A DNA stretch of 36,302 nt. Source: a virus (taxonomy: Duplodnaviria; Caudoviricetes). Positions 1 to 8,989 of the stretch are shown piece after piece (positions within the stretch are counted from its first letter, which is position 1; every line of letters begins with the position of its first letter). The notes below the pieces were generated by a model. The model had not been told where the DNA came from and searched no databases. It saw only the letters and a list, made by a program, of their open reading frames with translations. Both the position numbers and the translations under genes were made by a program. The DNA is taken from positions 1 to 36,302 of the IMG/VR virus record IMGVR_UViG_3300022179_000884, one strand, 5' to 3'.

Positions 1-395
1 GACACCGTGCTGGCCCATATTACACCAGAAGAAGCAGAGTTGCTAAAACGCAATGGCGGTTCTGGCCGTATCAACCCCAACACTGGATTGCCTATGTTTG
101 ATGGCGATGGTGGTGGAGACGGCGGTGGTGGAGACGGCGGTGGTGGAGATGGTGGTGGTGGAGACGGCGGTGGTGGAGATGGTGGTGGTGGAGACGGCGG
201 TGGTGGTGATGGAGGCGATGGCGGAGGCGATGGCGGAGGCGATGCAGGTGGTGATGCAGGTGGTGATGCAGGTGGTGATGCAGGTGGTGATGCAGGTGGT
301 GATGCTGGTGGTGATGCAGGTGGTGATGCTGGTGGTGATGCTGGTGGTGATGACGGAGCAGACGCAGGCGATGATGGTGCTGATGATGGTGCTGA
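1..395. repeat. Terminal redundancy / circular overlap, copy 1
   Basis: 1-125 is identical to 35860-35984. The two copies differ inside the Gly/Asp tract and re-converge at 352-395 = 36259-36302. Confidence 0.95.
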
Positions 396-1140
396 TGATG
401 GTGCTGACGACGGTGCGGCAGATGACGCCGCAGATGACGCCGCAGATGACGCCGCAGATGACGCCGCAGATGATGCAGATGATGCAGATGATGCAGATGA
501 TGCCACAGATGATGCAGATGATGCCACAGATGATGATGCAGATGATGCAGATGATGCAGCCGACGACACTGGCGATGACGATGGAGCAGACGGCCCAGGC
601 GGAGATGGAGGCGGTGATGGTGGTGGTGACGGCGGAGGAGGTGATGGCGGAGGAGGTGATGGCGGAGGCGGAGGAGGCGGAGGAGGCGGAACTACGCCTG
701 TAAACCCACTGTCTAAACTGCAAATCCCTGATGCTCTAAATCCAGGATTTATGCAGGCTCTACCACAGTATCAAACTACCAATGATGCTCAGGCCCGATA
801 CTATTGGGGTAGCGCACCATTCCAAAGTGGCTCTACATTCAATGCACAAACACAATTGAACAATCCTTTGGCAGGCACACAAGGTTGGGGTAGACAAACC
901 ATGCCCACAGGTAGCCTAAGTCCAGAAGAAATGGCAGCACTGATTGGTTCTAGCCCATATGCTCAACAGTTTGGTCCGTCGTTTATGACACAGCCAAGAG
1001 TGGCGCCAAACCCAGCAATGCGTCCAGCACCTATGCCAGTAGCCCAACCCATTGGTGGTAAAAATGCCGCAGGTATGAGTCCCGCAGTCATTGACAATTA
1101 CTTTGCTAACCTGCTGTCGAACAACAGAGGTGGATTCTAA
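1..1140 (+). CDS. 3' part of a putative virion/ejection protein with an N-terminal DTxLAHITPEEA..GGSG.INP.TGL motif and a long Gly/Asp/Ala low-complexity tract; true start at 35722 across the junction
   Basis: In frame with the ORF starting at ATG 35722 (138 nt = 46 codons before 35860). It lies directly upstream of the ejection-protein genes. Confidence 0.8.
   Translation, partial: DTVLAHITPEEAELLKRNGGSGRINPNTGLPMFDGDGGGDGGGGDGGGGDGGGGDGGGGDGGGGDGGGGDGGDGGGDGGGDAGGDAGGDAGGDAGGDAGGDAGGDAGGDAGGDAGGDDGADAGDDGADDGADDGADDGAADDAADDAADDAADDAADDADDADDADDATDDADDATDDDADDADDAADDTGDDDGADGPGGDGGGDGGGDGGGGDGGGGDGGGGGGGGGGTTPVNPLSKLQIPDALNPGFMQALPQYQTTNDAQARYYWGSAPFQSGSTFNAQTQLNNPLAGTQGWGRQTMPTGSLSPEEMAALIGSSPYAQQFGPSFMTQPRVAPNPAMRPAPMPVAQPIGGKNAAGMSPAVIDNYFANLLSNNRGGF
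100..690 (+). repeat. Coding tandem repeats (GDGGG, GDAG, DDGA, DDAA, DDA units of 9-15 nt)
   Basis: Directly visible arrays such as (GCAGGTGGTGAT)n and (GATGACGCCGCA)n. Confidence 0.95.
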
Positions 1141-1146
1141 ATGGCA

Positions 1147-1153
1147 CTAAATA
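1147..1153 (+). promoter_or_regulatory. T4-type late promoter core CTAAATA
   Basis: Intergenic, upstream of the AAGGA RBS and ATG 1179. The same motif recurs before other late genes. Confidence 0.7.
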
Positions 1154-1178
1154 TTCGAACTGATAAGGAACAACTAAC

Positions 1179-2141
1179 ATGAGTAAAGGTGGAGGCGGTG
1201 GTTCAACCACAGTAGAAATTACGCCAGAACAACGAGCATTCATTGCGGCGCAAACTGATTTCTTCAAAAATACAATCCAGCCTACCTATAGAGAAGCAGT
1301 TGCTGGTGCAACAGATCTTTATAATAGGAATGCAAAAGGTGTAGCAAATGCCGCACAGAATCAGGCACGAGTGGCCATGCAGGCACAAGAAGCCTTGGGT
1401 GGCACTGGCGAATCTGCACTACGCACAGGTATTTCAGGATTACAAAATCTATTTGATCCCAACTATGAACGCAACCAGGTTATGGCAGCGTTGGCTCCTG
1501 CACAGAGTCAATACACGCAGAATGTGGCCAATCAACAGGCCAACTTTGGTGGCGCTGGACAGTTAGGTTCAGCAAGACAAGCCCTGGCAGATCGTCAATT
1601 GGCTGGTCAAACACAGGCAGCGCAGATGCAAGCAGCCGCAGGCATTCAACAACAAATTGCCGCACAACGAGCACAGGCAGCAAATCAACTTGCACAACTT
1701 GGACAAGGTGGCATTGGTCAAGCATTAGGTGCCGCAGGCAACGCAGTTTCAGCCAGCATGGTTCCGCAACAGTTATACAATCAGTATGCCAGCGTTATCT
1801 TTGGAACACCAGCAAGTTCATACACACCTGACTTCCGTGGCACACAAAGTAGTTCACAGGAAAGCAGTAGATACGGCTTTGATCTTGGACCCGCAGTGGG
1901 CGCCGCAGGTGCTTGGTTGTTCTCAGACATCCGTGTCAAAGAAAATATTCAAAAGATTGGAACACAAGCAGGCTTACCAGTTTATCGTTTCAACTATGTT
2001 TGGGACAAGACTCCAAGAACTGGTGTTATGGCTCAGGACTTGTTGGCAGACGGTCGTTATGCATCAGCAGTCAAGACCAGCGACAACGGTTACTACATGG
2101 TAGACTACAGTCAATTGCCAGCCGGCATTACAAAGGACTAA
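1179..2141 (+). CDS. DNA ejection/pilot protein with C-terminal peptidase S74-like intramolecular chaperone domain
   Basis: MSKGGGGGS N-terminus, Gln/Ala-rich helical body, C-terminal SDIRVKENI...GVMAQD...GYYMVDYS motif. Confidence 0.75.
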   Translation: MSKGGGGGSTTVEITPEQRAFIAAQTDFFKNTIQPTYREAVAGATDLYNRNAKGVANAAQNQARVAMQAQEALGGTGESALRTGISGLQNLFDPNYERNQVMAALAPAQSQYTQNVANQQANFGGAGQLGSARQALADRQLAGQTQAAQMQAAAGIQQQIAAQRAQAANQLAQLGQGGIGQALGAAGNAVSASMVPQQLYNQYASVIFGTPASSYTPDFRGTQSSSQESSRYGFDLGPAVGAAGAWLFSDIRVKENIQKIGTQAGLPVYRFNYVWDKTPRTGVMAQDLLADGRYASAVKTSDNGYYMVDYSQLPAGITKD

Positions 2142-2144
2142 GCG

Positions 2145-5129
2145 ATGGCATACCTAACAGACGCATATGGAAATTACTATCCAGATCAGGCTGCAATAGA
2201 CGAAGAAGAACGACGCCGCTTACAAGAAGAGGCTGAACGCCAACGCCTAGCACAATTAGCACAGTCTGGGCAAGTGTTTGAACCAGGCCTGCAACCCAGT
2301 GGTGCAGAAACATTTCCTATAGAACCACAGACTGTAGAACCACAGGCTGTAGAACCTAAGGCACCTGGCGATACTGTTGCTGAAAAGCAAGAAACAACTA
2401 CCTACGCTGATGGCAGTCAAACACAGCGCATTACTAGAGAGATTCCTGGTCAAGCACAAGAGCCTCAGCCACCAAGAGCCGAGCCAGTAGTTGCTGGCCC
2501 TATTGTTCCTGTTAGTGATCGTAGAGGTTTTCAACCTCCTCCACCAGTGGTTACACCGCAGATGCAACCAGTGCCAGCAGGCTCTGACTACAATGCTAGA
2601 GTTGCACAAATGGAAAGTGGTGGTAATCCTAACATTGGTTTTCACGATCCAAGAAAGTCTAGTGCTTATGGCAAGTATGGTATCACTGATCGTGCTTGGC
2701 AATCAATTCAACAATCTAATCCTGCACTAAGAGGCATTGACAAGACACAGGCTACTCCAGAACAAATGGAGATGGCCATGAACACGCTGACACAAAACAA
2801 TGGTCGCGCACTACAACAATTTGGTGTGCCAGTAAATCCAAATACTCTAGCAGCCGCACACTTTATTGGTGCTCGAGGACTTGCCAACTATTTGCGTGAT
2901 GGCACTATCAGTGAAAAGGCAGCACGAGTCAACGGTGGCTATGACAAAACACGAAGAATTATTGAATCACGACTAGCAGGTATTCCTATTAGCCAGGTGT
3001 CACCTGGCACTGGTCAGTCTAGAACTCGTAGCATTTCTGAAGAAGTTGCACCTGTTGCACCAGGCGCTGTCAATCCCAATGGGGATCCTAATCCAGCGGC
3101 TGTTATTACACCTGGCACTGGTTCAAGACCTGTGGCCAATGTTGACATCACAGGTCAAGCACCTGTAGCACCATCAGGTTCAGCAGGCGATCAAGCAGAT
3201 CAAGTATATCAAGGTGCAGACACAACAGCAGCCGCACCAGCACCGTCAGCCGGAGCGTCTAGTGCAGAAGCAATTCAACGCTATCAAGACTTGCAAAATG
3301 ATCCTATTGGATTGTTTGCCTTGCGTGAAGATTCTACTGTGCCAGAGTTTATTAGAAAACGAGCCGGTGATCGTGTAGCAGATTTACTACAACAACAAAA
3401 GCGCACAGGCGAAGCAACACAGGCTGTGCAAAACATGGTGGCCTCAGGAGACACAGCAGGTATGGCTCGTGTTATGGCCTCAGGTGGCAAAGACGAATTC
3501 AAAGTGTTGATGCGTAGCATGTTCTTGCGTATGATGGGTGCCAACAAAGCAGCCGACGAAGAACTGTCAAAGATTGGCTATGGCAACTCAGCAGAAATTG
3601 GCATCAATGCAAAAGGCCAAAGAGCCAGCATTGAAAGAGATGCCGCAGGTAGAGTCATTGGTGGCACCACAGAAGATGGCACCGCGCTAACTGCCGCACA
3701 GGCCATTGGCTACAGTGGTTCAAGCAAAGACAAAGGTGTTGCTGGTCAGACTCGTGTCAGAGACAGCAAGGGCACTGAATGGACACAGGTTCCAACCAAA
3801 CAAGGTATGGAGTTCTACGACAACGCAGGTCGTCGTGGTGTGCCAGAAGGCAAAACTGTGCCTATCTCTGTTGGTGGCGATGTGGAACTACAAGGTCAAC
3901 TACGCAGACAGCAGTTGGATCTCAAACTACAGTATGCTCCGTTGGAAAAAGTTGGCGATATCATTGCCGAAGACGAAGCAAAGAATGGTCCATTGGATCC
4001 AGCAGTCAAACAAGAAATTATCAGCCGTGCTCGTGGCACTGGTCAAGCAACAACACAAGCCGCAAGACCAGGTCAAGCACCTGCTCCTGCACAGGCTGCT
4101 CCAGCACCAGCACAGGCCGCACCAGCAGCCGCACCACAAGCAGGTCCTGTTGCACCTCCAGCACAGGCTCCAGGCGCAGTGGCTCCAGTTGTGCCAGGCG
4201 CAATTCCAGGACAAGCCGCACCAGCACCAGCACAGGCGGCACCTGCAGCCGCACCACAAGCAGGCGGCGCAGTAGCACCTACAGCATTACCTCCAGCCGG
4301 TGGTCAGTATCCTGGACAAAGAGCAAGAGAATCAGAACGAACAGCCAAAGAGCAAGAAGCATTTGTGGCCAAAGATGGAACCAAAGATCAAATTGGTGTT
4401 TCAGCCACAGATGGCGCCACAGTTGCTAATGTGCGTAGACAGCAAATGGATATTATTAGAAATAATCCAAGCATTATCAACATTCTCAATGGTCAAGGCA
4501 CACAGTATGATCGTGCAAGACGCATTATGATCAATGCAGTCACAGGCAGTTACAGCAGTGAAGAAAAACAGCGCATGGCTGACGATCTCAATCAACTAGT
4601 TGGCAAATTAGATCCTGGACAGTTAGGCGCACTACAAGAGTTTGTAAATATGAACACAGTAGTCAACGCTAAGACTCTGCGTGCCAACTCAGGTCCAGGT
4701 GCAGTCAGTGAAGCAGAACAGCGTGCCAACAAAGAAGCCAACATTGGTAATGTAGATCGTATTGAAGCCTACGCTGCCTTGGCTGGCCTACACCGCAGTC
4801 AGTTTACAGGTGACCTCAATGCCAGCAAGCAGGCGTTCCTGGCCAGCAGATCAGATATCAAAACTACTGCACAATGGAACACTGAATGGCAAAAACGAGA
4901 GGCTGAACTCATGCGTCAATACCAGTCTATTGCCAAAGGTAGATTTGAAATTATGGGTAAAGCGCCGGCTGCAACCGCAAGCGCACAAGAAATGGCGGCC
5001 TACAGAGATCGTGTGTTCCGTGCGTTTGAAGTTTATCCAGCACCTACATTCAATCCAAGCACAAACCGTTGGGATTATGGCACACCTAATGCTAGACGAC
5101 GAGCCATGGATGCAGCCTTAGGACGATAA
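2145..5129 (+). CDS. Large internal virion/ejection protein with lytic transglycosylase (lysozyme-fold) domain
   Basis: QMESGGNPN (catalytic ES) ... SSAYGKYGIT ... AAHFIG motifs near aa 155-245, Pro/Ala/Gln linkers, 994 aa. Confidence 0.75.
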   Translation: MAYLTDAYGNYYPDQAAIDEEERRRLQEEAERQRLAQLAQSGQVFEPGLQPSGAETFPIEPQTVEPQAVEPKAPGDTVAEKQETTTYADGSQTQRITREIPGQAQEPQPPRAEPVVAGPIVPVSDRRGFQPPPPVVTPQMQPVPAGSDYNARVAQMESGGNPNIGFHDPRKSSAYGKYGITDRAWQSIQQSNPALRGIDKTQATPEQMEMAMNTLTQNNGRALQQFGVPVNPNTLAAAHFIGARGLANYLRDGTISEKAARVNGGYDKTRRIIESRLAGIPISQVSPGTGQSRTRSISEEVAPVAPGAVNPNGDPNPAAVITPGTGSRPVANVDITGQAPVAPSGSAGDQADQVYQGADTTAAAPAPSAGASSAEAIQRYQDLQNDPIGLFALREDSTVPEFIRKRAGDRVADLLQQQKRTGEATQAVQNMVASGDTAGMARVMASGGKDEFKVLMRSMFLRMMGANKAADEELSKIGYGNSAEIGINAKGQRASIERDAAGRVIGGTTEDGTALTAAQAIGYSGSSKDKGVAGQTRVRDSKGTEWTQVPTKQGMEFYDNAGRRGVPEGKTVPISVGGDVELQGQLRRQQLDLKLQYAPLEKVGDIIAEDEAKNGPLDPAVKQEIISRARGTGQATTQAARPGQAPAPAQAAPAPAQAAPAAAPQAGPVAPPAQAPGAVAPVVPGAIPGQAAPAPAQAAPAAAPQAGGAVAPTALPPAGGQYPGQRARESERTAKEQEAFVAKDGTKDQIGVSATDGATVANVRRQQMDIIRNNPSIINILNGQGTQYDRARRIMINAVTGSYSSEEKQRMADDLNQLVGKLDPGQLGALQEFVNMNTVVNAKTLRANSGPGAVSEAEQRANKEANIGNVDRIEAYAALAGLHRSQFTGDLNASKQAFLASRSDIKTTAQWNTEWQKREAELMRQYQSIAKGRFEIMGKAPAATASAQEMAAYRDRVFRAFEVYPAPTFNPSTNRWDYGTPNARRRAMDAALGR

Positions 5130-5130
5130 C

Positions 5131-6036
5131 ATGAACGAACAAGAAATTGAAAAACTAAGAGCCGCAGGATTTAGTGACGATGACATTCGTGACTACATGG
5201 CTGACAAGCAACGCCAGCCACAACAACCAGGTGTTCAGTCTGAAAGAGATCGTAGAAATGATCAGGGGCCTGAATTAGATCCTAACGCACCTAGCGAGAC
5301 AATGGCTCGTGCTAGAGAACAAGGTGTTCCCACAGAAAGTCAGCCAAGCAGTTTTATTGATGATGTAATGACTGTGGCTCCTGTGTTCCTGGCAGAAAAT
5401 GCTGGTAAAGTAGCAGTAGGTGCAGGCGGTTTAGGTGCTGCCTATGCTGCCAATCAAGTTCGTAAAGGCATGCAAGCACGAGCAGGTGCTCAGGCCGCAC
5501 AAGCAGCCGCACAAGCCGCACAAGCACAGGCTACAATGGAACAGGCTCGTGCCGCCCAACAGGCCGCACAAGGTGTTCAAGAAAGATTTGCACAAAGACA
5601 AGCCGCACAGGCAGCAAGAACAGCGCCAGTGGCTCCACAGATTTTAGATGCACAAGGTCGTCCAATTGCCCGAGCACCAGTTGCACCAGTAGCACCTACA
5701 GGTCCAGCCATGACAGCACCAGTTGCTCCTCAAGGTCCTTTGCCACCGGGTGTAACAGCAGGTCCTGCACCATTTAGACCACCAGCCGCACCTAGCGTCG
5801 TTGATCGTGCTACACAAATTGTTAGACAGATAGCAGCCAACAAAGTAGTGCAAGGTGCCGCAAGGATGGGCAACATCGCAGGCCTTGCCAGCATGGCATT
5901 GACACCCAGCAACTCAGGACAAAACTATCCTTTCCCACAGTCAGGACCATTGCGTGGCAGTGAATTGAATCCTGCCACTGGAAGACCTTGGACGCCACAA
6001 GAGTTGGCCGCATACCGTGCCCAATACGGTGGATAA
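5131..6036 (+). CDS. Ala/Gln/Pro-rich putative ejection protein
   Basis: Adjacent to the previous gene, N-terminal LRAAGFSDDDIRDY helical motif, central Gly/Ala hydrophobic stretch. Confidence 0.55.
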   Translation: MNEQEIEKLRAAGFSDDDIRDYMADKQRQPQQPGVQSERDRRNDQGPELDPNAPSETMARAREQGVPTESQPSSFIDDVMTVAPVFLAENAGKVAVGAGGLGAAYAANQVRKGMQARAGAQAAQAAAQAAQAQATMEQARAAQQAAQGVQERFAQRQAAQAARTAPVAPQILDAQGRPIARAPVAPVAPTGPAMTAPVAPQGPLPPGVTAGPAPFRPPAAPSVVDRATQIVRQIAANKVVQGAARMGNIAGLASMALTPSNSGQNYPFPQSGPLRGSELNPATGRPWTPQELAAYRAQYGG

Positions 6037-6044
6037 CTACAATT

Positions 6045-6524
6045 ATGACAACACAAGAACAATTACTACAAGTATTCAACGATAATTTTATAGCCTATTT
6101 CCGTAGCCATGTGGCTCATGTGAATACTGTTGGTCGTAATTTTGTCAGTGATCACGAACTATTAGGCAAAGTATATGAAGACCTACAAGGTCAGATTGAT
6201 ACTATTGCAGAACTGCTACGCACCTTAGATGAATTCATGCCTTGTTGCCTGAGTGACATCATTGATGCCAGTGAAGTTTCATCATTGCCAATGGAAGGTG
6301 ACAGTGATGCATTGTTAGAACAGGTATTAGAAGACCTAGGTCAACTAAAAGGCTGTTATGAAGAATTGATGAGTGTAAGTGAAGAAGAAGGACATAAAGA
6401 AATAGCCAACTATGCACAGGATCGTGTGTTGGCTATTGCAAAGTTTGAATGGATGTTACGGTCAACACTAGGGCTAAGTGGTCAGGACAACTATCAAGAA
6501 CCAAAGGATTTTACCACTTTCTAA
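6045..6524 (+). CDS. dps: Dps-family ferritin-like protein
   Basis: HVAHVNTVGRNFVSDHELLGKVYEDL...IDTIAE matches the Dps HxxHWN..G..F...H...D.IAE signature, with a C-terminal WMLRS. 159 aa from ATG 6045. Confidence 0.85.
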   Translation: MTTQEQLLQVFNDNFIAYFRSHVAHVNTVGRNFVSDHELLGKVYEDLQGQIDTIAELLRTLDEFMPCCLSDIIDASEVSSLPMEGDSDALLEQVLEDLGQLKGCYEELMSVSEEEGHKEIANYAQDRVLAIAKFEWMLRSTLGLSGQDNYQEPKDFTTF

Positions 6525-7054
6525 TTTGGGTCCACGGAATCGGCAGGCCGGGTTTGTGTCGTTGTTGTGTTGAGTCTTTTATAAGCGTAACTTCCACGAA
6601 TGTCGTAACCACGACGAGCATGTAGTTTTAGAAATGCATCTTGGTCACGACGCATGGTAGTAGAACAGATGATGTTATGACAAGTATAGTTGGCAAACTG
6701 CTCCCACTGATCCATCATATCATTGATGATACGGATTCTAGTGCGGGCAGGCAAGTCTAAATTGACATGCACCATACGGATACTGACCATAGGGTCATCG
6801 CTCCAGACTGCGCGGTCACCACTTTTAGCCCAATTATAGGCTATGAGTTCATTACAAGTGGTGTCTCTGCAGACTGTGACAAGTTCTGTGCCGGGTAGAT
6901 AGAATTGATTGGTCACTGCGAATATTAGATTGCGAGTCATTACATTAGGCTCAGGTGTAAACACCGTATCTATTTCGCATTGAAAAAAAGTTTCTGCTAA
7001 AGTAACGATGTCACCCACATCATTGCCATTAGCAAGATGCCATTCATATTGCAT
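6521..7054 (-). CDS. GNAT-fold acetyltransferase-like protein
   Basis: The only convincing minus-strand gene. AAAGGA RBS before ATG 7054, N-terminal W.LA...D...I pattern and C-terminal FLKLHARRGY motif typical of GNAT folds. Confidence 0.55.
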   Translation of the reverse strand: MQYEWHLANGNDVGDIVTLAETFFQCEIDTVFTPEPNVMTRNLIFAVTNQFYLPGTELVTVCRDTTCNELIAYNWAKSGDRAVWSDDPMVSIRMVHVNLDLPARTRIRIINDMMDQWEQFANYTCHNIICSTTMRRDQDAFLKLHARRGYDIRGSYAYKRLNTTTTQTRPADSVDPN

Positions 7055-7080
7055 TGCTGATCCTTTCAAATTGGGTCAGA

Positions 7081-7108
7081 TATTTATTGGAAAAGAAAGG
7101 ACTAAATA
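7081..7108. promoter_or_regulatory. Back-to-back late promoter cores: ATAAATA (minus, 7081-7087) and CTAAATA (plus, 7102-7108)
   Basis: Each motif points into one of the two divergent genes (7054 minus, 7114 plus). Confidence 0.7.
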
Positions 7109-7113
7109 TCCGT

Positions 7114-7461
7114 ATGAGCAATGAAAAGAAAACTAGACAGCATGGTGGTGCTAGAAAAGGTGCAGGGCGCAAGCCAGGTAGCCGTGATCAGATCACCATC
7201 AAAAGTTTATTAGAAGCACTAGATCGCAAGTCTGGTGGACGAGATTACGAAGAATTATTGGTAGAAGATTTCTTAGATGCTAGAAACAACAATGACACAC
7301 AGTTGATGCTAAAGTATCACAATCTTATACTAAACAAAGTTATGAACAGTTTGGCCCGCATTGAAGTAACAGACAGCAAAGACGCTGTGGAAGCAAAACA
7401 ACGAGCCTTTGCAGAAGCACTGGCTCGTCTTACAGGCGTGAGCCAAGAACAGGATAAATAA
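7114..7461 (+). CDS. terS: Putative terminase small subunit
   Basis: N-terminal HGGARKGAGRKPGS motif typical of small terminases, 115 aa, upstream of terL. Confidence 0.65.
   Translation: MSNEKKTRQHGGARKGAGRKPGSRDQITIKSLLEALDRKSGGRDYEELLVEDFLDARNNNDTQLMLKYHNLILNKVMNSLARIEVTDSKDAVEAKQRAFAEALARLTGVSQEQDK
7454..7460 (+). promoter_or_regulatory. Late promoter core ATAAATA
   Basis: Exactly 5 nt before ATG 7466. Confidence 0.6.
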
Positions 7462-7465
7462 AATT

Positions 7466-7627
7466 ATGCCACTGATGAAAAGCACCAGCAAACAAGCATT
7501 CAAGAAGAATGTATCGGCAGAAGTGCGAGCAGGAAAACCTGTAAAACAGGCCGTGGCTATTGCGTATGCTACCAAAAGGTCAGCAGCCGCAAAAAAAGCC
7601 AGCAAAACCAAATCTAAGGGAAAATAA
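7466..7627 (+). CDS. Small basic phage protein, 53 aa (MPLMKSTSKQAFKKNVSAEVRAGKPVKQAVAIAYATKRSAAAKKASKTKSKGK); not in the supplied ORF track
   Basis: Translated by hand. The GKPxKQAVAIA motif is common in small basic proteins near phage packaging genes. Confidence 0.8.
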   Translation: MPLMKSTSKQAFKKNVSAEVRAGKPVKQAVAIAYATKRSAAAKKASKTKSKGK

Positions 7628-7628
7628 G

Positions 7629-8096
7629 ATGAAACCAGCAAAAACACAACAAGACCATAACATGGACTTTGACGGCATGGCTGGCACAGGTGTAAATCGC
7701 GGTGCCAATCGTTTCGCAGGTAATCAGTGGTCAGGCCATTCTAATGATGGTCGTTTAGTCAACAAAGGTCGTGGACCCACCCGGGGCAACACAGACCACA
7801 AGCCTATGACAGTAGGCAAGCCTGTAACCAAGGATGGTTATCGTCCAGTGCCTGAGTGCCACACTCCAGCAGTAAAGCCAGGCCAGGACATGTTCACAGG
7901 TTCAGCACAAATGCGTCAACCTTCAGGCACTCGTGCTTGGGAACCCAAAGCCAAAGAAAACTATCGTGGCAATCCTGACAAGATCAATGTGTCAGGTTAC
8001 TCAATGGGTGATGGCAAAACTTCTAAGGGTTCACGCCCAGTATCTAGTCCTACCAATCCTGATGGTATGAACTACGGTCCTAAGAAACAATACTAA
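7629..8096 (+). CDS. Hypothetical basic Gly-rich protein
   Basis: ATG 7629 follows the AAGGGA RBS and the previous stop. Shares a GRGPT(R/K)GN motif with the next gene. Confidence 0.7.
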   Translation: MKPAKTQQDHNMDFDGMAGTGVNRGANRFAGNQWSGHSNDGRLVNKGRGPTRGNTDHKPMTVGKPVTKDGYRPVPECHTPAVKPGQDMFTGSAQMRQPSGTRAWEPKAKENYRGNPDKINVSGYSMGDGKTSKGSRPVSSPTNPDGMNYGPKKQY

Positions 8097-8108
8097 TAGG
8101 AAACGATC

Positions 8109-8381
8109 ATGGATAAAACATCTACAGGTAAAAGCATCAATCAAAAGCAAGGTCCTAGAACTGGCAATGCCGGCTTTGGCACCAAGCGCGAAGACTTCAT
8201 GGCAGAAAAAAGCCGTGTGAGTAGCAATCGTGCTGACCTAGCCAAGATGGTCACAGATGCACTTGAAACACGCGGTCGTGACAACCGTAGTCATCGTGAA
8301 GCAGGCGTTGAAAGTCTGCATGACACAACCAATGCTGGTCGTGGCCCCACTAAAGGCAACGCTGGTAAACGAGGCAAGTAA
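8109..8381 (+). CDS. Hypothetical basic protein
   Basis: AGGA RBS, with GPRTGNAG and GRGPTKGNAG motifs. Confidence 0.7.
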   Translation: MDKTSTGKSINQKQGPRTGNAGFGTKREDFMAEKSRVSSNRADLAKMVTDALETRGRDNRSHREAGVESLHDTTNAGRGPTKGNAGKRGK

Positions 8382-8384
8382 ACT

Positions 8385-8936
8385 ATGAGCAAAGGCAACG
8401 GCGGCCCTTCTAATCCTATTGGCGGACCAGCGCCTATGCCTGGGCAACCTAGTCCAGGCATGCCAGCACAGGATCCTTACAATAGACCCGAGGCAACAAA
8501 CTTGCCACGCTATGCAGGACAACCTGGTTACCCTGGCACTGGACCCTACACACCAAGACCTGATCTAGGCCCTGATGTTGGGTTTGGTCCAGGCTTGCCA
8601 ACACCTACACCTATGCCAATGCCTATGCCTCCCGGGGGTATTGGTCCAAGATCATTTGATCCAATAAATGATCCTGCTCTTGCTTATTCTGATGGAACAA
8701 CACCTGGTGGTAAATCAGGACCAAGTCCAGGTTTTAGACAACTTGGCGATGTTATCAGAGGTCTGCCTCCTATGCAACAGCCTGGAATGCAATCACCTAC
8801 AGGCTTTGCACAACCAGGTGTGCCTTTTGGACCAGCAGGCTCACCAGTTGTAAATCAACCCGTGGCAAATCGATACACACGCACAAGAACCAATCCTGGC
8901 AATCGTTTTATTCCATCTAACGCACCAGGTCGCTAA
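8385..8936 (+). CDS. Pro/Gly-rich hypothetical protein
   Basis: Starts 3 nt after the previous stop and fills the gap to the next promoter. Confidence 0.65.
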   Translation: MSKGNGGPSNPIGGPAPMPGQPSPGMPAQDPYNRPEATNLPRYAGQPGYPGTGPYTPRPDLGPDVGFGPGLPTPTPMPMPMPPGGIGPRSFDPINDPALAYSDGTTPGGKSGPSPGFRQLGDVIRGLPPMQQPGMQSPTGFAQPGVPFGPAGSPVVNQPVANRYTRTRTNPGNRFIPSNAPGR

Positions 8937-8966
8937 ATAAACCAGAGCAGAACTATCTGCTCTGGT
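8933..8966 (+). promoter_or_regulatory. Late promoter core CTAAATA (8933-8939) followed by a perfect 11-bp hairpin (8941-8966)
   Basis: ACCAGAGCAGA-ACTA-TCTGCTCTGGT. Confidence 0.65.
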
Positions 8967-8989
8967 ATTGAAATGAAAAAGGAAATGCT

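Noticed and set aside
100-690. Possible CRISPR array or iterons
   Set aside because: Contiguous in-frame coding repeats with no unique spacers
43-723. Alternative-frame ORFs 43-723 (-) and 53-703 (+)
   Set aside because: By-products of the stop-free Gly/Asp tandem repeat
3706-4429. Overlapping ORFs of 189 and 216 aa inside the 994-aa gene
   Set aside because: Shadow frames of an Ala/Pro/Gln-rich region, with no RBS or recognisable motif
7560-7628. TTG start for the 178-aa ORF
   Set aside because: Overlaps the real 53-aa gene, and ATG 7629 has an RBS
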